Shown: positions 56,554 through 64,000 of the stretch, piece by piece
Layout: each line of letters opens with the position of its first letter
Numbering within the stretch: position 1 is the first letter of the stretch
Assembly: GCA_965219455.1 (NCBI GenBank)
Contig: OZ244744.1
Span: 480,001 to 544,000, forward strand
Source of the DNA: Candidatus Latescibacterota bacterium
GTDB lineage: Bacteria > Latescibacterota > UBA2968 > GCA-2709665
Direction of reading: 5' to 3'
DNA length: 64,000 nucleotides
Notes under the pieces: generated by a model
Told to the model about the DNA's origin: nothing
The model's input: only the letters and a program-made list of their open reading frames with translations
Database searches by the model: none
Made by a program: the position numbers and the translations under genes

Positions 56554-58254
56554 GTGCTTTGCCGACTGCTTGTCGTCAACTACGCGTTGATCGACAAAGT
56601 TGAAATCGAATTCGGTCCCGGGTTGAACATCATTACAGGCGAAACCGGCGCGGGCAAATCCATTCTCATCGGCGCCCTGGGTCTGGTTCTCGGAATGCGG
56701 GCGAGCCCGGAAGTGATACGGACCAGCGAGAAACGGTGTCTTGTCGAGGCTATTTTCCAGTTGCAACCCCATCACCGGTGTCTGCCGCTTCTGGACGCCA
56801 TGGGCATCGATGCCGAGCAGGGCGAACTCATCGTCCGCCGGGAGGTCGTCGCGAATGGCCGAAGCCGCTGTTTCGTCAATGGTCTCGCCGTAACCGTCCG
56901 CAGCCTGCTCGAACTGGCCAGAGCCCTGGTTGACCTTCATGGACAACACGATCACCAATCTCTTCTTTATACGGAACGTCATATCGACTTTTTGGATGGG
57001 TTCGGCAACCTGGAAAAACTCCGGGAATCGGTCGGTATTGCGCACAGTCGTCTGTCCGACCTCCTCGCAAAGCGGGAAAACGCCGATGCCGAAGCGCAAC
57101 GGATGCGCGATCGGCGGGAACTTCTTGAATTTCAGATCGAGGAAATCGTTTCGGTGGACCCGGAACCGGACGAGGACGAGCGCCTCCTGCAGGAACGATC
57201 GCTGCTTACCCATGCCGAACGCCTCATCGAAACCGCCATCCACCTGGAAGCCCTGCTCTACCAGGGCGACGACTCCATCGTGGATCGTCTGGGCGCGGCA
57301 GAGCATCTCCTGAAAGACGCCGTACAGATGGACGAATCGCTTCGCCTTCAAGCCGATGAATTGGCCGTCCAGCGCTATGCCATTGAAGAACTGGCCCGTT
57401 TTTTTTCGGACTATGCACGCAGCGTCGAGCACAACCCGGAACGCCTGGCGGAGGTCACCGGGCGCCTGGATCTCCTGGCCCACCTGAAAAAGAAACACGG
57501 CGGAAGCCTCGAGACGGTAATTGAGTATCGCGAGAACGCGGAAGAGGAACTGGCGCAATCGGAGCAACTGGACCGCTCGCTGGCTGAGATCGAAACGGAA
57601 ATCGATTCGGCCCGCGCCAGCCTGGCGCACCTGTGCGCCGGGCTTTCCAAAGCGCGTGAAGCCGCCGCGCACGACCTCTCCCGCGAAACAACGGAGGCGC
57701 TCGGCGACCTGGGGATTCCGCGGGCAGATTTTCGCGTTGAACTCATCCGGGACGAGTCGCCCGACGGTTGGGTAAGCCTGGACAACCGGCGATTTCGTGT
57801 GGGCCCGAAGGGCATTGAGCGCGTCGAGTTCCACATTTCCACGAACCCTGGCGAAGCCCTCAGGCCGCTGGTCAAGGTGGCTTCCGGCGGCGAGGTGTCC
57901 CGGATCATGCTTGCCCTGAAATCCGTGCTCTCCCAATCCGATCCGGTACAGGTCCTCATCTTCGACGAGATCGACATTGGCATCTCCGGCCGCATCGCCG
58001 ACGTGGTGGGCAGGAAGCTCAAGAGCCTGTCGCGTGCGCGCCAGACCATCTGTATAACCCATCTCCCTCAAATCGCCAGAATGGCGGATACCCATCTGGC
58101 CGTGCATAAGACCGTATCGAATGGCCGCACCGTCACCCGGGTAATCGAGCTGGAGGAAGATGAGCGCGCGCGGGAACTTGCGAAACTTCTGGGCGGGGAG
58201 AAAATATCGGCCCTTACCATGGAACACGCGCGCGAAATGCTAAGTCAGAATTGA
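56554..58254 (+). CDS. recN: DNA repair protein RecN
   Basis: TGETGAGKS, HGQHDHQ.L, ASGGE.SR.ML, FDEID, ITHLPQIA. Confidence 0.96.
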   Translation: MLCRLLVVNYALIDKVEIEFGPGLNIITGETGAGKSILIGALGLVLGMRASPEVIRTSEKRCLVEAIFQLQPHHRCLPLLDAMGIDAEQGELIVRREVVANGRSRCFVNGLAVTVRSLLELARALVDLHGQHDHQSLLYTERHIDFLDGFGNLEKLRESVGIAHSRLSDLLAKRENADAEAQRMRDRRELLEFQIEEIVSVDPEPDEDERLLQERSLLTHAERLIETAIHLEALLYQGDDSIVDRLGAAEHLLKDAVQMDESLRLQADELAVQRYAIEELARFFSDYARSVEHNPERLAEVTGRLDLLAHLKKKHGGSLETVIEYRENAEEELAQSEQLDRSLAEIETEIDSARASLAHLCAGLSKAREAAAHDLSRETTEALGDLGIPRADFRVELIRDESPDGWVSLDNRRFRVGPKGIERVEFHISTNPGEALRPLVKVASGGEVSRIMLALKSVLSQSDPVQVLIFDEIDIGISGRIADVVGRKLKSLSRARQTICITHLPQIARMADTHLAVHKTVSNGRTVTRVIELEEDERARELAKLLGGEKISALTMEHAREMLSQN

Positions 58255-58319
58255 AGTTGCGTCGACGGACCCGCCCCAGGCGGGTTGTTACCGTCCGCCC
58301 CAACGAGAAGGATTCCCCG

Positions 58320-59471
58320 GTGAAACCGAAAATTCCGAGCGAACTCAACGACATCTTCGAGAAAGTTATCGCCGGCGAACGCCTCTCCGCCGCCGACGGC
58401 ATACGGCTTTACAGTACGTCGAGTCTCAACGCGGTGGGGTACATGGCCAATATCGTACGCGAGCGACTATGCGGCAACGTGGCCTGGTACGTGCGGAACC
58501 AGCACATCAACTATACCAACATCTGCAACAAGCTCTGCAAATTCTGTTCCTTCTACGTGCCGCCGAAAGACCGTAGGGGATATGTCCTCTCGCCGGAAGA
58601 TATCCAGGAACGCGTGAGACAATATCTGCACGTTCCCATCTCCGAAATCCACATGGTGGCGGGAATCAACCCCAAACTGCCCTATTCCTACTATATCGAC
58701 ATCGTGCACGCCGTGAAAGAAATCCGCCCGGAGGTCGCCGTAAAGGCTTATACGGCGATCGAATGGATTCAGATCGCCAGGGCCGCAAAAAAACCGCTCC
58801 GGGAAGTCATGCAGGAACTCAAAGCGGCGGGCGTGTCGTCGATCCCGGGCGGCGGCGCCGAAGTCTTCAGCGATCGGGTCCAGGCGGAGATGTTCTGGAC
58901 CAAGGCCGACTCCGACGAATGGATGCGCGTTGCCCGTACCGCACACGAAGTGGGCCTGCCCACCAACGCCACGATGCTCTACGGCCACATCGAGAATCCG
59001 GATGAACGGGTTCAGCATCTGGTCAGTCTCCGGGAACTCCAGGACGAGACCCGCGGTTTTCTGGCCTACATCCCGCTTTCCTTCCACCCCGAACGCACCG
59101 AACTGGAACACCTGCCCGCTCCCACCGGCGAAGCCGACCTGCGCGAAATCGCCGTCGCTCGACTCATGCTGGACAATTTCCTGCATATCAAATCGTTCTG
59201 GATAATGAACACCATCGAAATCTCGCAGGTCGCCCTATGGTACGGCGCGGACGACATCGACGGCACCATCCAGGAGTACGAAATCACGAGGCGCACGTAC
59301 GAGGAAACCCGCCAGGTGCTCACCCGGAAACAACTGGTGGAACGCATAATCGAAGCCGGACGGGAACCCGCGGAACGCGACAATCTCTACAACGAACTCC
59401 GCACGGAACGGGAGATCCCGGAAGACGAGGACCCCGTCGCCATCCGTGGCGAGTTGCCCGTGCTTCCGTGA
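58320..59471 (+). CDS. mqnE: Aminofutalosine synthase (radical SAM)
   Basis: NYTNICNKLCKFCSF, PGGGAEVF, NATMLYGHIE, LRELQDET.GF, HIKSFW, DGTI. Confidence 0.85.
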   Translation: MKPKIPSELNDIFEKVIAGERLSAADGIRLYSTSSLNAVGYMANIVRERLCGNVAWYVRNQHINYTNICNKLCKFCSFYVPPKDRRGYVLSPEDIQERVRQYLHVPISEIHMVAGINPKLPYSYYIDIVHAVKEIRPEVAVKAYTAIEWIQIARAAKKPLREVMQELKAAGVSSIPGGGAEVFSDRVQAEMFWTKADSDEWMRVARTAHEVGLPTNATMLYGHIENPDERVQHLVSLRELQDETRGFLAYIPLSFHPERTELEHLPAPTGEADLREIAVARLMLDNFLHIKSFWIMNTIEISQVALWYGADDIDGTIQEYEITRRTYEETRQVLTRKQLVERIIEAGREPAERDNLYNELRTEREIPEDEDPVAIRGELPVLP

Positions 59472-59568
59472 AGCAGGTCGGGGGCCGTGCGATCTACACT
59501 GCACCCGTTCCGGAGAATCGCCAATTCGATACAGCTGTGACGACAGATACGGATTGGAGAAATGACCG

Positions 59569-60669
59569 ATGATCGATGATATCGTCGAAAAAATCAACGC
59601 GCAAACGCGTATCTCGGTAGACGATGCCCGCCGGCTCATGGCCCATCCCAACGTCACGGAACTGGGCATGCTTGCGGACGCCGTGCGCAGGCGCAAATGG
59701 CCGGAAGACGTGGTGACCTACAATATCGGCCGTAACATCAATTACACCAACGTCTGCTGGGTGCGGTGCGACTTTTGTGCGTTCTACCGCCCTCCCGGGT
59801 CCGCCGAGGGATACGTCCTGCCCCGGGACCGGATCTTCGGGAAAATCGACGAATTGATCGCCGCGGGCGGGAAAACTTCCAAATCGAACGAAATTCTCAT
59901 GCAGGGCGGCCTGAATCCCAGGCTGCGCATCGACTATTATGAAGACCTCTTCTCCAGCATTCGGGACCGCTATCCGTCCGTCCACCAGCATTGCCTCTCG
60001 GCCACCGAGATTATCTATATCGCGCACATCTCGCGTCTGTCCATCCCGGACTGCATCCGCCGTCTGCGGGACGCCGGCCTGGATTCCATTCCCGGCGCCG
60101 GCGCCGAGATTCTCTCGGACGAGGTTCGCGACATTATCGGTTTTCGAAAGGACCGGGTGCACGAATGGCTGGAGGTGCATCGCGCCGCCCACGAATTGGG
60201 CATGCACACCACCGCCACCATGATGTACGGCCACGTCGAATCCGTCGATCAGCGCCTCGAACACCTGAAACACATCCGGGACCTCCAGGACGACACCGGC
60301 GGCCTGACCGCTTTCATTGCGTGGAATTTTCAGCCCGACGACACCGACCTGGCCGCGGACAATGCCCGCTGGAACGGGAAGAAAGCCACCGGCTACGACT
60401 ACCTGCGCACCATTGCCGTCTCCCGCCTCTTCCTGGACAATGTGCCAAGTTTTCAGGCCTCGTGGGTGACACAGGGTCCCAAAATCGCCCAGGTTGGCCT
60501 CAAATATGGCGTTAACGACTTTGGCAGCACCATGATGGAGGAGAATGTCGTCTCCGCCGCCGGCACCAGCCACACCGATGACATGAGTCTTCCTACCATG
60601 TTACGCCTCATCCGGGGCGCCGGCTACAGGCCGGCAAGACGCAACACCCGGTACGAAATTGTGAACTGA
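59569..60669 (+). CDS. mqnC: Cyclic dehypoxanthinyl futalosine synthase
   Basis: RNINYTNVC..CDFCAFYR, MQGG, PGAGAEIL, QASWVTQG, DFGSTMMEENVV.AAG. Confidence 0.9.
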   Translation: MIDDIVEKINAQTRISVDDARRLMAHPNVTELGMLADAVRRRKWPEDVVTYNIGRNINYTNVCWVRCDFCAFYRPPGSAEGYVLPRDRIFGKIDELIAAGGKTSKSNEILMQGGLNPRLRIDYYEDLFSSIRDRYPSVHQHCLSATEIIYIAHISRLSIPDCIRRLRDAGLDSIPGAGAEILSDEVRDIIGFRKDRVHEWLEVHRAAHELGMHTTATMMYGHVESVDQRLEHLKHIRDLQDDTGGLTAFIAWNFQPDDTDLAADNARWNGKKATGYDYLRTIAVSRLFLDNVPSFQASWVTQGPKIAQVGLKYGVNDFGSTMMEENVVSAAGTSHTDDMSLPTMLRLIRGAGYRPARRNTRYEIVN

Positions 60670-60680
60670 GAACCGTGCGA

Positions 60681-61481
60681 ATGGCAACCCGCCTCGGTGT
60701 CGTCTCTTTCCTGAACACCCATCCGCTGGTGCACGCTCTGGAAACCGGTCGCATCGAACACCGCTTCGATTTCACCTACGACGTGCCGTCCCGCTGCGCG
60801 GAACGCCTTCACAGCCGCGAAACCGACGTGGCCCTCATCCCGTCCATCGAAATCGCCCGCGGCCCCGATCCATACAGCGTCGTACCCGAAGTCAGTATCT
60901 CTTCCCGGGGCCCGGTCCGAAGCGTACTGCTTCTGCACCGAAAGGAACCGCCCGATATTCAGACGCTCGCCCTCGACGTCAACTCCCGAACGTCCACCGT
61001 CCTCAGCCGTCTCGTGCTGCGAAGACAATACGGATGCAAACCCGAGATTTCCCACCATCCCCCCGACGCCGAGCGCATGCTCGATCACGCAGATGGCGCC
61101 GTCATCATCGGAGACGCGGCGCTCGCCCTGGATACGACGTCCTATCGTGTCGTGGACCTGGGTGAAGCCTGGACCGTGCTTACGGGGCTTCCGTTTGTCT
61201 ACGCCTGTTGGACGGGGCGGCCCGACGCGCTGAATCCCGATCAGACCCGGCAATTGATCCGCGCCAGGGCCCTGGGCGTAAGGGAGATCCCCCTTATTGC
61301 GGCGACCTATGCCTCGGCGCATCCCTGTTCGGCGGGGTTCTACGCCGACTACCTCGGTAAAAAGATCCGCTACGACTTTGGCGGGGCCGAACAGGAGGGC
61401 CTTCACCGTTTCTACGGATACGCCTTCGAAATGGGCTGCATCGAATACATCCCGAAACTTCGTTTCTACGCGCATTCCTGA
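60681..61481 (+). CDS. mqnA: Chorismate dehydratase
   Basis: VSFLNTHPL, GPVRSV, SRTS..L, IGD.AL, DLGEAW...TGLPFVYA.W. Confidence 0.9.
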   Translation: MATRLGVVSFLNTHPLVHALETGRIEHRFDFTYDVPSRCAERLHSRETDVALIPSIEIARGPDPYSVVPEVSISSRGPVRSVLLLHRKEPPDIQTLALDVNSRTSTVLSRLVLRRQYGCKPEISHHPPDAERMLDHADGAVIIGDAALALDTTSYRVVDLGEAWTVLTGLPFVYACWTGRPDALNPDQTRQLIRARALGVREIPLIAATYASAHPCSAGFYADYLGKKIRYDFGGAEQEGLHRFYGYAFEMGCIEYIPKLRFYAHS

Positions 61482-61567
61482 CGCACCCACCACGTTTTCG
61501 CGCGCGCTCGGGAACGCACCAGGAATTTAAAACTGCTTCTGAAAGCTCCGGAGGGAGGAATTGTCTT

Positions 61568-62620
61568 ATGTCCCGAACCGGTCGCGCCTCGGTCATGGTC
61601 GGCGAACGATTTGAAATCCGGGAGTATCCCGTCCCGGAACCGGCACCCGGAACGGTCCTGTTGAGACAGGAACTGGCCGGCATCTGCGGTACCGACCTGC
61701 ACAACTGGGAATACCAGAGAATGGAAGACGAGATCGTTCTGGGGCACGAGAACGTGGGGATTATCGATCGACTGGGCGCAGGCGTGACCCACGACCACCT
61801 GGGGCGCCCGCTCAAAACCGGTGATCGGATCGCCCTCGTTCCCGGTACGTCTCAGGGCGCCTACGGTTTCATCCCAGCCGGAGAACAGCCCTATCTTCGC
61901 GGCGGCTTCGCCGAATACATCTATCTCTGGAATCCCGAGACCGTTTTCTTCAAGACCGATCTGCCCGCGGAGGTCGCAGTCCTGCTCGAGCCGTTCACGA
62001 TCGGCGTACACGGCGTTATGCGTGCCGGGATTCAATTCGGAGACACCGTCGTTGTACAGGGTTCCGGCGCCATCGGCCTTGTGACACTCATCTGCGCGAA
62101 AGTCAGCGGAGCCGGCCGCCTCATTATGGTCGGGGGCCCGCCGGGACGCCTGGATCTCGCGCGCGAAATCGGCGCGGACCTCACCGTCGACATCGCTGAA
62201 GTCCCGGACCCGGAAGTACGAAAACGAATGGTTCGAGACGGCACCCCGAGGGGAGCCGGCGCCGACGTTGTCTTTGAGTGCGCGGGTTTTCTGCCCGCCA
62301 TACCCGAGGGCGTGGACTACCTTCGGCAAGACGGCACATACGTCGAAATGGGCCATTTCGTCGACGTCGGGTCATTCGAATGCAACCCCAATCGGATGTT
62401 CATGCGAAAGAATCTGCGCTTCGAAGCCGTCTGGGCGAGTTCCCCCGATCACTTCGTGCGCGGCCTTCCCATCCTGGAAAAAAACGAATTCCCGTTTGCC
62501 GATATGGTCAGCCACACCATTCCGCTGGACCGGGTGCCCGAAGGCTTCAATGCCCTTGCGGGCAGCTACCGTCTGGATGGAAAAGACGCCATAAAAATCG
62601 CCGTATCGGGAAGCCTGTAG
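61568..62620 (+). CDS. Zinc-binding alcohol dehydrogenase
   Basis: GICGTD.H, LGHE, EP, GSGAIG, FECAG. Confidence 0.88.
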   Translation: MSRTGRASVMVGERFEIREYPVPEPAPGTVLLRQELAGICGTDLHNWEYQRMEDEIVLGHENVGIIDRLGAGVTHDHLGRPLKTGDRIALVPGTSQGAYGFIPAGEQPYLRGGFAEYIYLWNPETVFFKTDLPAEVAVLLEPFTIGVHGVMRAGIQFGDTVVVQGSGAIGLVTLICAKVSGAGRLIMVGGPPGRLDLAREIGADLTVDIAEVPDPEVRKRMVRDGTPRGAGADVVFECAGFLPAIPEGVDYLRQDGTYVEMGHFVDVGSFECNPNRMFMRKNLRFEAVWASSPDHFVRGLPILEKNEFPFADMVSHTIPLDRVPEGFNALAGSYRLDGKDAIKIAVSGSL

Positions 62621-62691
62621 ACCCGCCTCCGCGTCAACGGGACTTCTGAAGGCCAGCCGTAACCCGTTCCCGAAACCCGACGGTGGACGAC

Positions 62692-64000
62692 ATGACGCTG
62701 CGCGCACTCATCGTTGGTCTGGCCATGGCCGTGTGGGTCAACCTCTGGCCCACCTACTCCAGCCTCATCGCGCATTCTTCCCGGGCCGACTACGCGCACC
62801 TTTCGGTTGCCCTGCTCATTCCCTTCATTTGCCTGCTCGGACTCAATCTGCCGCTGTATCGGCGCGGTCGTGGCCTTTCGGCGTCGGAATTGCTGGCCAT
62901 CTGCTGTATCGGAATGGTTTCTGCAACCATGCAGGGAGAATGGCTCTCGGGATATCTTCTGGGTGTGGTTACAGCACCCACCTACTTCGCAACCCCCGAG
63001 AATCAATGGGCAGACCACCTGCTCGCCAGGGTCCCCTCCTGGGCGATTGTCGCGGATCCGGCGGCCACCACCGGCTTCTACGAGAGCCTGTTCAAAGGCC
63101 AGAAATTTCCGTGGGCAGCCTGGACGCCGCCATTTTTATGGTGGGCCGGATTTCTCGGATCCGTGCTCACCGTCAGCTTCTGTCTCGTCGTCATCCTGCG
63201 GAAACAGTGGGTGGACAACGAACGCCTGACGTTCCCGATCGCCGCCGCCGTGCTTGAACTCACGGGCGTTTCCGGCACGGAAGGCAGCCTGGCGACCCTG
63301 GTCCGGTCGCGCCTGTTTCGATTCGGATTCTGGCTGATCGTCGCCATCTTCTGCTGGAACATCGCGACCTGGTTTGTAAGGGGCATACCCGTCCTGGATG
63401 TACCCATGACCGTGCTCAGCCGCAAGGTTATCCGCATCGGCCAGGGCTTCCCCTACTTTGCCTTTTCCGTTCATCCGATGACAATCGCCTTCGCGTACTT
63501 CACCGAATCCAGCGTGCTGTTCAGTATCTGGCTCTTCCACCTGCTGGCCATCCTGCAGGTCGGCGTCTTCAACCGCACCGGCTTCAGCATCGGCAGTTCG
63601 GATATGTGGTGCTCCTTCGATCCCGCCATCGGCTGGCAGAGTTTCGGCGGTCTCGCTGTTTTTACCGGCTGGGGCCTCTGGGTTGCCCGGAGCCATCTGG
63701 CCGCCGTATTCAGGAAAGCCTTCGCGAGTACGGCGCGTGTCAGACGCGATGGCGCAGGCGACCTCATCGACGACTCAAACGAACTCATCTCCTACCGTAC
63801 GGCCGTGTACCTGCTCCTGGCCGGTTGCGCGTACCTCGTCGTGTGGCTCTTCCGCGCCGGAATGGACGCCGGCCCTCTGCTCGCCTTCTGGTTCGCCACC
63901 CTCGTTCTCTACCTGGGTCTGGCGCGTATCATCGTCGAGAGCGGCCTCGTGTATCTGCGCGGCCCTATCACGGCCCAGGCATTCACGTGGCACCTCTTCG
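62692..64000 (+). CDS. DUF6785-like polytopic membrane protein (partial, runs off right edge; not in ORF track)
   Basis: Manual translation MTLRALIVGLAMAVWVNLW...YFATPENQW...PWAAWTPPFLWW...RKQWVDNERLTFP; paralog of 9115-11121. Confidence 0.78.
   Translation, partial: MTLRALIVGLAMAVWVNLWPTYSSLIAHSSRADYAHLSVALLIPFICLLGLNLPLYRRGRGLSASELLAICCIGMVSATMQGEWLSGYLLGVVTAPTYFATPENQWADHLLARVPSWAIVADPAATTGFYESLFKGQKFPWAAWTPPFLWWAGFLGSVLTVSFCLVVILRKQWVDNERLTFPIAAAVLELTGVSGTEGSLATLVRSRLFRFGFWLIVAIFCWNIATWFVRGIPVLDVPMTVLSRKVIRIGQGFPYFAFSVHPMTIAFAYFTESSVLFSIWLFHLLAILQVGVFNRTGFSIGSSDMWCSFDPAIGWQSFGGLAVFTGWGLWVARSHLAAVFRKAFASTARVRRDGAGDLIDDSNELISYRTAVYLLLAGCAYLVVWLFRAGMDAGPLLAFWFATLVLYLGLARIIVESGLVYLRGPITAQAFTWHLF

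Overview
GC-rich bacterial chromosomal window with about 55 genes. The lineage is most likely Latescibacterota or a related FCB-group bacterium. This is inferred from dockerin-like DFDGDGxVGFxDF domains, DUF6785-type membrane proteins, BMC shell genes, expanded PhyH/Gfo-Idh-MocA/enolase families and the futalosine pathway. Positions 1-45.5 kb are accessory catabolic and envelope genes: a heparinase II/III-like lyase, sugar oxidoreductases, and a LolD-like ATPase + DUF6785-like + 1.5-kaa M28-like/FtsX fusion + OPT-like module. They also include a microcompartment operon encoding a 2-domain and a 4-domain BMC protein plus a tagged class I aldolase, a Ser/Ser DapF, a non-canonical ExbB/ExbD-like operon, and a sigma-70 factor with an SOS-box-like palindrome in its promoter. 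Positions 45.7-62.6 kb are mostly housekeeping: queE, thrS-infC-rpmI-rplT, zapB-like/zapA/6S/rny/ymdB, xseAB, nadK, recN and mqnECA. Non-coding features are tRNA-Phe, six copies of an IS630-like MITE, two candidate small or attenuator RNAs and a 41-bp duplicate of the rny upstream region. Two real genes run off the window ends and are absent from the supplied ORF track. All family calls come from motif recognition by eye, not database searches.
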